From the NCBI GenBank assembly GCA_039208735.1, contig JBCCQY010000125.1:1-26854 (forward strand): DNA of 26,854 bases, in the 5' to 3' direction. The notes under the pieces were generated by a model. That model was not told the DNA's origin. It did not search any database and saw nothing but the letters and a program-made list of their open reading frames with translations. Below are positions 1 to 9,400 of the stretch, one piece after another (positions within the stretch are counted from its first letter, which is position 1; the number at the start of each line of letters is the position of its first letter). Made by a program: the position numbers and the translations under genes. This DNA comes from Myxococcota bacterium. Lineage in GTDB: Bacteria > Myxococcota_A > UBA796 > GCA-2862545.

Positions 1-462
1 ACTCGTTTCTTCGTTGGTCGGACCATCAGTCGGGCTGCGAAGCAGCTTCACCACTTATTGAGAGCTGGAGGAGCGTGTTTCAAAGTTAACGAGAGATGCC
101 GGAATCCGTGGCCAAGCCGCCGGTCCGACGTCTGCCACACCTTGAACGCAAAATCGGCGCAAGACCCAGCGCGGGCATTCACAGCTCGTGATTGGGTAAC
201 TACGCCGGGGAGACTCGACGTTGGATCATCACGCCGAGCCACGTCGCCGGGCCCGCACTCGGTCCTCTAGGCTCTGTGGACCCTGGGGGTACACGACGTT
301 TGCACTTTCTCAAACCTCACCAAGCCGACGTCTTCGTCCCTGGGTACGAAGCACATCGCCTTTTGACCATGACTTCCACCCTCCTCATGAACAACCAGAG
401 CGAGGATTCTTGATCCCAACCCTAGCCTTCTCCCTCACTCTTATGGCTTGTCAGGGGGGCGC

Positions 463-885
463 ATGAGTCGCGTTTCAACGTGTGTTGGTTGCGACAAGAA
501 GATCGTCCATGCGGGGACGCGTGGGCCATTGCCGAGCCGATGTACAGAATGCGAACGCAAGCGTCGTTCCAGCGTTGCGAAAGCGCGCCGAGCATCGGGA
601 AACGAGTCGACCGATGACGAAAAGCGGCGCGCCCGTGCTCGTAAGCGAGAGTATGACGTTCAACATCGGCCACTACAAATCGCGCTTCGCTGGGCCCAAA
701 ACCAGGGCCTCGAGCCTAGGGACGTCACGGTCGGTACGTTGAGGAAACGACACGGGGTGCTGTTTTTAGGATGGCGACGCCGCGTTGGGGAGGCCTATCG
801 AATGGCTCCCCGGGGTGAACGCGCAGAAGCCGCTTGGATGATGTGGTGTACCCTCATTTGGAAGAACGCATTGGGGCATGGTTAG
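463..885 (+). CDS. Unknown-family zinc-ribbon-like protein, paralog 1 (140 aa)
   Basis: CVGC-x7-GTRGPLPSRCTEC, Arg/Lys-rich linker, HRPLQIALRWA and VGEAYRMAPRGERAEAAW; these motifs recur in neighbouring ORFs. ATG at 463 follows CAGGGGGGCGC and is preferred over the track start at 448. Confidence 0.75.
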   Translation: MSRVSTCVGCDKKIVHAGTRGPLPSRCTECERKRRSSVAKARRASGNESTDDEKRRARARKREYDVQHRPLQIALRWAQNQGLEPRDVTVGTLRKRHGVLFLGWRRRVGEAYRMAPRGERAEAAWMMWCTLIWKNALGHG

Positions 886-1044
886 CCTTAAACCAAGTAC
901 CTGTCGTGAAGGGTGGCGAGCGCCTGACAAGCGAATTTGTACACCGTACTTCCGACGATCTGATGGAATTGGTTCGGCATCTAGATACGTCCACGACAAG
1001 AATCGAAGCCGGTTCAAATGCCCAAAATTTTGATCGAGAGACCT

Positions 1045-2343
1045 ATGGGAGAGCTTTCCGAGTGGATTCGACGTCTGCGCGATCAACCTTCAGACGAAGA
1101 TTGGAAGGTGTACGCCGACTGGCTGCAAGAACGAAGTGATCCCTGGTGGGATGTCGTGGCGGCGGGCATCGAAGGCCGAACAATCGCAGACTCGTTTCAA
1201 GAACAAGAAGCGCGACTCTTTCGTATTGGGAAGTTGGCGCCAGCGCTTTCCTCCAGTGTCAGCTGGGGGCGTACCGGCGTGTTTGCCCAGTTCCTTCCCA
1301 ATCGCGAACTCACGAGCGGACAAGATCGAGGAAGCTCCACCGAGTTTCGGATGCTGCATCTTGAATGGTTCTTGGACTCTTTCGAGTTCATGCGGTTCTT
1401 GCCTCAGGCCACGAGTGACCTGTTCTGTCCGAACTACACGCCGTCCACGCTTGCGTTCCTTCAGGGGCTCGAACTCCATGGACTGGCCCTTCACTCTCAC
1501 AGCCGGGATCCTTTGGATCTAACCTCCATCGAGAGTGTGGGACCCCTCGACACACTCGCGCTGCTGCTACCCGTCACAAGCCTCGAGCCCCTCACCACGT
1601 TGCCCCACCTTCGTCGGTTGGACTTGGGAACACTCGATTCTGAGATATCGCTGGCCCCCCTTTCGCAATCCAGTATCTACTCGCTGCGCCTGACCATTCC
1701 CCAAATGGATGACGAGTCGCACACCCATGACTTTGGCGCGTTGGTGGAGTGGCTTGAGCCTGTCGAGCGGCTCCCCTTGCGACGACTATCGCTGACGCAT
1801 CGGGGCACGGTCGACCTATCGTTGCTGCCCGCCTTTCACGCGCATTCAGACCTCCAAGAACTCACGCTTCACTACGATGGGCTTGAGATGCTTCCCATCT
1901 TCCCAAAGCTCAAGCGTTTGGTACTTCGGGGGGTCGAGTCCACCGACCTGCAGTTCTTGCGCCATTTGCCCCACCTCGAGAGCCTTGACATTCGTGAAAG
2001 CAAGGAGCTTGCTTCGGTCGATGGCCTTGAGTACACGCCGAGACTTCGAACGTTGCATATCGAAGGGGCACGTCGGCTCCACAAGCTTGGAGCATTGCGA
2101 CATGTGCCCCGACTCGAACGACTTGAACTTCGAGACTGCCCTGCCATCGAGACGCTCGAAGATCTCTCGGTACTTCATCGACTTCGGGCGCTCGTGGTTC
2201 ACCATTGCGGTCGAGGACTTGCGATTACTCCCGTCCTCCAGTTGAACAACCTCGGAGAGGTGTCACTGGTCGGATGTCGAGGTGTGCCAAAGATTCTTGA
2301 TACGATGGATTTCAGGCGGCATGTTCCGGCTTCTCATCGGTAG
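1045..2343 (+). CDS. Leucine-rich repeat protein with N-terminal TIGR02996-like repeat-companion domain
   Basis: N-terminal LRDQPSDEDWKVYADWLQERSDP resembles the TIGR02996 pattern (PDDD..RLVYADWLxExGDP). The C-terminal part has many LxxLxxLxL repeats (LPHLRRLDL, LPHLESLDI, TPRLRTLHI, VPRLERLEL). ATG 1045 follows GAGAG; 1018 is an alternative start. Confidence 0.88.
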   Translation: MGELSEWIRRLRDQPSDEDWKVYADWLQERSDPWWDVVAAGIEGRTIADSFQEQEARLFRIGKLAPALSSSVSWGRTGVFAQFLPNRELTSGQDRGSSTEFRMLHLEWFLDSFEFMRFLPQATSDLFCPNYTPSTLAFLQGLELHGLALHSHSRDPLDLTSIESVGPLDTLALLLPVTSLEPLTTLPHLRRLDLGTLDSEISLAPLSQSSIYSLRLTIPQMDDESHTHDFGALVEWLEPVERLPLRRLSLTHRGTVDLSLLPAFHAHSDLQELTLHYDGLEMLPIFPKLKRLVLRGVESTDLQFLRHLPHLESLDIRESKELASVDGLEYTPRLRTLHIEGARRLHKLGALRHVPRLERLELRDCPAIETLEDLSVLHRLRALVVHHCGRGLAITPVLQLNNLGEVSLVGCRGVPKILDTMDFRRHVPASHR

Positions 2344-2525
2344 GTGCGCCTTCCCGGCCATCTAGGCCATGCTCCATGAGGGGGCGACCACGATCCATCC
2401 TGCAGCATTCAGGGTTTGCCCAAGAACCTCGTGGATAGCGATATCTTTCCTAATGTGGCAAACTTACGCGCCACGGGTCCCCAAAGGTTCTTTATGCTCG
2501 ACGTGACTGTCTCGGGAGGCTCGAC

Positions 2526-2987
2526 ATGGTTCGCTGGGGCAAATGCTCCATTTGTGGGGCCAACATCGTCGCTCACGGAGCGCGCGGGCCCATTCCAAAT
2601 CGATGCGAGGATTGTCGGAAGGCGATTCGCAGGCGCCGTGCGGCTCGCGTTCGGCAGGGCGAACGGGTGGTGAACCAACGGCTTCACAGGCAGCTTGCGG
2701 ACGAGTCCCTAGCCGTCCGATTCCGTCCGCTGCTGCTTGCGTTTCAGTGGTCGGTAAGCCAGGGGCAAACCGAAGAGGCTCCTACGCTGGCCGAACTCCT
2801 CGACCAGCACGACCCTGATTTCTTGCAGAGCGCCCTGGTTGCGGTCTCCGTTGCTCACCATTCGGCACCGCGCGGCGAGAAGTGTAAAGCGGGATGGGCC
2901 GCCTGGTTGGCATTCCAGTCAGCCACCCTCCGAGCCGTAGGCAAGGGGCAGACCGTGGATGGTGAGGGAGAGCTCTTCGAGGGCTGA
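2526..2987 (+). CDS. Unknown-family zinc-ribbon-like protein, paralog 2 (153 aa)
   Basis: CSIC-x7-GARGPIPNRCEDC, FRPLLLAFQWS, VSVAHHSAPRGEKCKAGW; GGGAGG ribosome-binding site 6 nt before the ATG. Confidence 0.8.
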   Translation: MVRWGKCSICGANIVAHGARGPIPNRCEDCRKAIRRRRAARVRQGERVVNQRLHRQLADESLAVRFRPLLLAFQWSVSQGQTEEAPTLAELLDQHDPDFLQSALVAVSVAHHSAPRGEKCKAGWAAWLAFQSATLRAVGKGQTVDGEGELFEG

Positions 2988-3422
2988 GCCCAGATAGCAT
3001 CTGAGGGAGTTCGCAAGGCACGTCCATCCGGCCTTTCTTCGCTGGCCCCGCGGTGCGTTTCGGTAGGCCTTTGCCACGCTTAGGCGGATGTCGCTGTCCA
3101 ATGCGGGCCAGCGGCGCCGGAGGCAGTTTCGCAAGGCCCCTGCGTCCCCTTCGAGGTACCCGTGCGCACTGGCCCAGTGAAGCGCGTCACGAAAGGGACG
3201 CCCAATGGCATCGTCCCGCTTTTTCTGCTGGGCGCGTTTCTGCTGCTGTGTGCGTTGACGTCTTGCCTCTTGGCCTTCGGGGGTGCGGGCGGTGCGTGCC
3301 AGCTCGCGACGATGCTTCAATCGGCACGGGCTACAGCGGAGAGGCAACGGACCACGTGATCCAGCTTCAAAGCTCTCGTTACAATCCGTACATTGTGCAG
3401 TACGAGCGTTCCCGGATGCCAT
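2919..3422 (-). CDS. Unknown-family zinc-ribbon-like protein, paralog 3 (167 aa)
   Basis: CTDC-x6-GSRGPLPLRCSPC, GRPFRDALHWA, VAKAYRNAPRGQRRKAGW; leader CAGGGGGGCCC-ATG. Confidence 0.8.
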   Translation of the reverse strand: MASGNARTAQCTDCNESFEAGSRGPLPLRCSPCRLKHRRELARTARTPEGQEARRQRTQQQKRAQQKKRDDAIGRPFRDALHWASAHGYLEGDAGALRNCLRRRWPALDSDIRLSVAKAYRNAPRGQRRKAGWTCLANSLRCYLGSALEELSLTIHGLPLAYGSEGG

Positions 3423-3530
3423 GGGCCCCCCTGGTCGCTTCCGGGGCGACCTCTAGACGCCAGAACGAGCCCCTGAAGGGCGTGCTTTCTCAAGTAGCTC
3501 AGTTTTGGGCCTACCCAGGTGTTGCCAAAC

Positions 3531-3935
3531 TCAGGTTGTCGGGAGTTCGTCGCCCCATTCGGCAACCAGAACGGTCCATCCCGCTTGACAACGCTGACCT
3601 TGTGGGCTGTCTTGGTAGGCCTTGACCACCACTCGTCGAACCCGCATGAAGCCTGGGGTCCTCCGCAAGTCCGCGACTCGAAGTTTGTGTTTTAGGAACT
3701 TGCGGGTGAGCGCCCAGTCGAGCACGTACTGCAGCGGTCGGGTCTCCTGGTCGTACTGGCGTTGTGACGCCGGGTCTCGCCCCTGCGGACGTGCGGGCAC
3801 TTGACGCGACTTGTGGCGGTCGCGGCACTTCTCACACCGCTTTGGCAAGGGGCCCCGACGGCCTTTGGCCTTGAAGAGATTCCTACATTCTTGGCAGAAG
3901 GCATGGCGCCCTGATTCGCCGGATTGGGCGCTCAC
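3531..3935 (-). CDS. Unknown-family zinc-ribbon-like protein, paralog 4 (134 aa)
   Basis: CQEC-x7-GRRGPLPKRCEKC, TRPLQYVLDWA, VVKAYQDSPQGQRCQAGW. The in-frame GTG at 3935 follows GGAGA; the track's extension to 4220 has no counterpart in the other paralogs. Confidence 0.75.
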   Translation of the reverse strand: MSAQSGESGRHAFCQECRNLFKAKGRRGPLPKRCEKCRDRHKSRQVPARPQGRDPASQRQYDQETRPLQYVLDWALTRKFLKHKLRVADLRRTPGFMRVRRVVVKAYQDSPQGQRCQAGWTVLVAEWGDELPTT

Positions 3936-4125
3936 GGTTTCTCCAACTGCGGTTCTTGACCTTCGGACATGGCAACACCAATGGTGAGACTCTGGCCGGC
4001 CTGTGCGGCGCTTTCGCAGGGCGGAGAACGACCTCGTTCCTGCTGCATCGTGGAAGCACCATGCTACGAACTTCCCGTGGAGGGCTCCATACGAGAAAAC
4101 CGGTTCGTCGGAACTTCTGACGGGG

Positions 4126-4610
4126 TCAGGTTGGTAGAGGCAGCAAAGTTGTGGCTCCGCTACCGTTCGATCCATGATCGAGTTTTGGTCGTTCACACCC
4201 GAGTGAAGATCGCAGCTCATCCTTCACGGTGCGCTGGATCAAATTCACAAGAGAAGTGTCGCTGTGAATTCGTCGCCGTAGACGTCTGTATGTTTGCCAT
4301 GTCGCGGCCGATGCCGTCGAGGGAGAGGCATGCGGGAATCCGCGTACTGAAGCACGGTAAGGACCGGCTTATTTAGGTCATCCCAGCGAGATTTTCGCTT
4401 CGCCTCCTGTTCCCCTCGGGTGAGCGGCTTCTTCGACCGTCGGCGGGCGGCCTGTTTACGACGTGCCACTTTGCGGCAAAGTTCGCAGAGGCTGGGGATA
4501 GGACCGCGTTTCCCCGGTGCTTGAAAATGGTAGCCGCAGACCTCGCAATGGCCGACTCGGGCGTCGGGTGGCAACCCGATGCACTGCGGACAGTCCTGTG
4601 CTCGGGTCAC
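4126..4610 (-). pseudogene. Unknown-family zinc-ribbon-like protein, paralog 5, apparently frameshifted
   Basis: ORF 4245-4610 (GTG after GGGGGG) has an extra CPQC, then CEVC-x7-GKRGPIPSLCELC and NKPVLTVLQYA, and then loses similarity. The -1 frame from about 4330 reads ...YRRLRRRIHSDTSLVNLIQRTVKDELRSSLGCERPK..., loosely like the paralog C-termini, and stops at 4126-4128. Confidence 0.6.
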
Positions 4611-5244
4611 AACCACCCCCCGATAGGGAGGAACCGCTGCCCGGTGGAGCCGACCGGCACGATGCCGTACGGGAAGGGGGCTGCGTCGACCACGGATCGG
4701 CGTCCACCACCGGCCCTTGGTGAGCCTAGGGCGATTTGATACCCATATGCTTTTTGAAAAGCCGACATTTGGAAGCTCCGCGCCCAGGCTGGCACGAGGT
4801 TGAGCATCCTGTCGTCTGCTATGGAAGGTCTCCGAAGCGGGTTGAGAGCGGCAAACTACGTGCCGAGCCTGGGCGAGTGGGGGGTCAAAGGAGGCGAACT
4901 ACATGGGTCAGCGTGGTCGACACCTCACGCAAGGGCGCGTGATTGGCGGTGCCCATGGTGGCCACGAGGCCGCTGCAGCCAGGCAACAGGGGCGGAGTGA
5001 TCGAAGCGGTTCGTTGCAACACCGCTTCTGCGAGGTCTCAAGAGGATCCAAGGATCGGGGCAAAGAGTGGATCTCACACAATCAAAATCCGTAGAAAACC
5101 TATAGGAAATTCGGCTTATTCGAGGGTGCGGCATGACCGTGACTCCTTGGCGTAGGCAGGTGCAACGAGAATGGACGGGCTGGCCCGAGGGGTGAAGCAT
5201 TCTTAGGCTACCCATCGCGTTGTGAGTGGGTGAGCCGGCTACTC

Positions 5245-5270
5245 GGGATCGTCGGAAGTTCCGACATCCC
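5245..5270. repeat. Inverted repeat GGGAT(C)GTCGGAA-G-TTCCGACATCCC
   Basis: 12-bp arms with one bulged C around a 1-nt spacer, read directly. A related 17-mer, CGTCGGAA-C-TTCTGACG, lies at 4106-4122. Function unknown. Confidence 0.6.
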
Positions 5271-5612
5271 AGTTGGCATTGAGTGAGCGAGGACGGCACA
5301 CTTGTCTCGGCTTGCCGCAATCTGAGTTTCCCGTCACGGTCCGTCACGGTCGCCGTCATCCAGCGACGAATGGCGCGGGCCAGATCGATAAGTTTCAAAG
5401 ATACTTATTGCGGGCTGATGAGTTCCGACGGAAGTCGAGATCCGTCGAGTTTCCGTTCAGATGCTTCCAAGTCCGAAATTCGAATTGTTTTCCGAATTCG
5501 GTTGGGATTTGAGGGATGTGGCTCCATCGACGAGATGCTCAAAGCTTTCGCGGCTCGGCGTTTGGTTTGAGTTCCTCAGCGCGGTGGGAACCTGGATCGG
5601 CTTGCTCGACGG

Positions 5613-6434
5613 CTAGCGGCGTGGAATCGCGCGCTCAAGCAGAGCTCGCATACGCCCGTGGGTCGAGGGGTCGGTCATCGAAACCAGCGCATTGTGGTCG
5701 AACCCCTGAAGTTCGGCCCATTCTGCATTTGGGAAGGCTCGACCCAAGGCCTGTCCTTGTGCAAAAGGCACGACCTGGTCTGTGGTCGAATGCACCACGA
5801 ACGTTGGGGTTTGGATGTTCGGTGCGAGCGCGACGCTGTCGAACTCATCCCACAGCAACCAGCGGACGGGGTACCGCGTCGCCTTGTCCTGAACAACGTC
5901 GGACAATCTCGAGAACGAGGAATCGACCACCAAGGCGCCAGGCGACCGCTTTCCGGCCACGTGAACCGCCAGGGCCCCACCCAACGAGTGCCCAAACACG
6001 GCAATGCGGTGCTCGGGGATGGCGAGCGTCTCATGGGCGTAGGCATAGGCACCCAGGGCGTCGGAACGAAGCCCGTCCGCGGTTGGGGCCCCATCCGAGC
6101 CGGGGTAGCCCCTCCACGTGATGGCGAGCACCGCCCATCCCTGTCTCGTGAGCCGTCGATGGAGTTCGCCCGAACTCGATAAGGAGCCACCATTGCTGTG
6201 GAAGAACAGGATGAGGCGGTCGTGCTCGCGTCCCGACAGCCAGCCTTTGAGCCGGGTGCCATCCGCGGCGGGCACGTCGACGGGGACAGCCCCGACCGCG
6301 GCCGCCCAGGCGGGATTGAGAGGCGGTTGACCGGCTCCCGGAAACACCAACGAGCGCTGGACGAGCGTGAGCACCACGCCCGCAAGCAACCAGCCCAGCG
6401 GAAGGACGACGCATAGGAGTTTCAACACCTTCAA
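5613..6434 (-). CDS. Membrane-anchored alpha/beta hydrolase (ABHD12/13, YfhR/Bem46-like)
   Basis: N-terminal hydrophobic helix then QRSLVFPG, WRGYPGSDGAPT, nucleophile elbow GHSLG, Asp in STTDQVVP and His in FDHN. The exact start codon is uncertain by a few codons. Confidence 0.9.
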   Translation of the reverse strand: MKVLKLLCVVLPLGWLLAGVVLTLVQRSLVFPGAGQPPLNPAWAAAVGAVPVDVPAADGTRLKGWLSGREHDRLILFFHSNGGSLSSSGELHRRLTRQGWAVLAITWRGYPGSDGAPTADGLRSDALGAYAYAHETLAIPEHRIAVFGHSLGGALAVHVAGKRSPGALVVDSSFSRLSDVVQDKATRYPVRWLLWDEFDSVALAPNIQTPTFVVHSTTDQVVPFAQGQALGRAFPNAEWAELQGFDHNALVSMTDPSTHGRMRALLERAIPRR

Positions 6435-6490
6435 CAGATCACGTGGTCAGATGATGCAGGACCACGCGTCCCGGCGTGGGCCTACCAGGA

Positions 6491-9400
6491 CTATGCGGGC
6501 GGCTCGGACCTTGACGTCTCGAGTGTGTGGACGAGTCCTCGCAGCTCCCCGCCCGATCCCATCGGCAACGCTTCCATCAGTGTCCGCGCCTGCATGAGCG
6601 CATCCTCCGCGGAGGTCGCATCTTGCTTTGCCAATGATGCGAGCCCCCATCGGCACAAGGCACACCCGAGCGTGGTCGTCTGTCCAAGCGCATGCAACGC
6701 ATCAACCGCTTGCCGCGCGAGCCGCACCGCGCCTTCGGGGTCGGTTGGGATCAAGGCCTGAGCTAGACACGATTGGAGTTCGGCGGACTGCCTCGCGGCT
6801 CGACCGGACTCCACGAGGGCGAGGGCTTGGCGGAGGTGGGCCTCGGCCGTCGCATGGTCTCCGCGGGCCAGCGCGACGCGTCCCAGTGCGCCGCGTGCGA
6901 TGCCCTCATGGACGGCACGGCCCATCTGCTGGAATCCCTCAAGGGCTTGTTGAAATGCGGCTTCGGCTTCGTTCCATCGACCAAGCTGAAGTGCGGTTTC
7001 GCCAAGGTTGTAGCGCGCCCCTTCGGCCTGGGCGCGTTCCCGAAGGGCGACAAAGCCCGATCGCGCAAGCTCGAACCAACGCCGCGCGGCGTCCATATCA
7101 CCGAGGTAGCCCGCAATGGTGCCCAGTCGGTTTGCCTGGGTGGCACTTGATGAGCGGTTGCCCTTGCGACGACTTCGCTTGAGGATTCCCTCATGGAGCG
7201 TTCGGGCTTCCGTAAAGCGCCCTTGTTCGAGCCGGATGAGGCCGAGCATGTCGTCGGGGTCTGTGGAGTCGAACGGCACTTCGGCGAGATGATACGCCGT
7301 GCGATGCCGTTCGAGGAACGCTTCGGCTTCCGCGAGACGGCCTTCCACACGGCAGATTCCGGCCAGATTGTAGTGGATCCGAGACTCGAGCCAGGGGGCT
7401 TGCGCGAGTCGAGCCAGTGACGCCGCCTCTTGGAGTTCGGCCCACGCACCATCGAGGTCCCCACGCCGAAAGGCTACCCATCCGGTGGCGGAACGCAGAT
7501 GGGCTTCTGCGAGCGCATTGGGGACGCGTTCGAGCAGGGCTTCGGCCCGGGCTAATCGCGGTGCGAGCTGTCCCCGAGGGGCGGCGTCCACGGTGTGGCG
7601 AATCCACTCCCCAAGGGCAATCCCCTCGATGTCGGGGTCATGCGCATCGCGGCTCACGCTGATCGCTGCCTGGGCGGCTTCGTCGAGCGGGGAGCCGCTG
7701 GTGGACAGGAGGCTCCGCATTCGTGCGAGCGCAAACCGAGACCGCAGCGTGTCATCGAGGTCATCGAGGCCCTTGGTGCGCCGAAGCAACGAGCGACCTT
7801 GCGATGCCAGCCCGCGCATGGACAGTACGGGAGCGAGCCACAGCAGAATTCGAACGCGAAGGTCGACCGAGAGATCAGGCGCTTCGAGCACCGCGAGGGC
7901 ACTAGGGACCTCGTGGGCGAGTGCAGCGACGCGGCGGGGGGAGGGGCCCCAGAACGGGGGCGTCGATGCGGACAGGGTAGCCAGGTAGCTTCGATGGGCT
8001 TCACCGACCGAACGCCGCAAGGCTTCGACGTCGTCGTGCAAGACCTCGGCCACGAACTCAGAGATCCCGAGAAAAGGGGTGAGACGGCCGTCGGCCGTCC
8101 GACGCAGTACCGCGAAGTCGACGAGACGTTGGAGCGAGTCGAGCGCCGGACCCTCGACCAAGCCAGCGGTGACCATCTCGGCCGCATCAGCTGAAAAGGT
8201 CCCCGGAAGCAGCGAAAGGGCAGCAAGACGTTGCTGGTCAGCGATGGACAGCGCAGTCCAGGTGCGCCCGATCGCTTGACGCAGGCCATCGGACTCGTCG
8301 CGCAGGACGTCGAGGGGGCGGTCGAGGCGGGCCACGAGGCCGTTGATGCCGAGCAGGCGCAGGCGGCCCGCCGCGAGGTCGAGAGCCAGGGGGTTCCGAT
8401 CCACCTCTTCGACGATCTGCGGGATGCGTTCGTCTTCTGCGTCGAGGGGTACGCCCGCCGCAGCCGCTCGGGTGACGAACAGTCCGATGGCCGCGGACGG
8501 CTCGAGCCGGTCGATCGTGACGATGCGTTCCAGAGCAAGGCCCGTCGGACGCCGCGAGGTCACGAGCACTCGAGCCCCTGGTGCAGCGCCGAAGAGTTCG
8601 TAAAGCACCTGCGCGACCGCGTCGATGGCGCCCTCGGCGTGGTCGAGGACGAGCAACAGATCGTCGCCATCTCGCAGGGCGGCATGCAGTCGCTCAGAAG
8701 GGCCCTCGGGGGAGGCGTCCACCCCGATCGCACGGGCGAGGGAGGCTGCGACCGTCGTTGGGGATCGGCCGAAGACTTCGAGATTGGCGTAGCAAGCCCG
8801 ACCGGGCCATGCTTGGGCGACGGCTCGGGCGACGGTGCTCTTTCCCGCTCCTGCCGGACCGTGGAGCGTCACGAGGGCTTCCGAGCGCTCCAGGTGGTCG
8901 AGAACGCTGCGAATCACTCGGTCGCGACCGACCACTGGACCGTCGGGGGGTGGGCAGGGGGTGCCGGAGGACGCCGTGCGCGCCTCGACGACGAGCGCCA
9001 AGCCGCGGCCCCGAATCGTGCGGAGATAGCGGGGTGAACCTCCTTCCTCGATTTTGGCCCGTAGGCGGTACACGAGCTTGTCGACGACCCTTCGTTGCTG
9101 CGCATCGTGGATGCCCCACACCTCCCGCAACAGATCGATCGTCGGCAGGGGACGACCCTCACGTGCGTACAGGAGTTCGAGTAGGCGACCTTCATGGTCG
9201 GTAAGGGTCAACGATGCCGCGCCTTCGCGCTCCACGATGAGCCGGTCGAGGTCCACGGTGTTCGAGCCCAGCCGGATTCGGCGAGACGAGGGGGCGGTCT
9301 CAAGCGGTACGAACCGGTAGCCAACCCCCCGAACCCCGACCAAATGAAATGGCCGGGAAGGGACACGCTCAATCTTCGCGCGAAGCCGTTTCATGGCATC

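Noticed and set aside
1..460. Several short ORFs on both strands at the left edge
   Set aside because: No motif, no mutual support and no sixth CxxC-RGP copy found; left unannotated.
834..1139. 101-aa ORF (MDDVVYPHLEERIGAWL...) bridging paralog 1 and the LRR gene
   Set aside because: Looks somewhat protein-like but overlaps both better-supported genes, starts at TTG without an RBS and has no recognisable motif.
3936..4220. N-terminal extension of the 229-aa track ORF
   Set aside because: Absent from the other paralogs; an RBS-preceded GTG at 3935 gives the family-typical length.
4607..4807. 66-aa minus-strand ORF whose stop overlaps the paralog 5 start (GTGA)
   Set aside because: The overlap hints at coupling, but the peptide has no features and such overlaps arise by chance.
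4943..5000. TRPLQ and PRGRCSQA peptide echoes of the paralog motifs
   Set aside because: Only 4-5 residue matches, overlapping in different frames, with no Zn module upstream.
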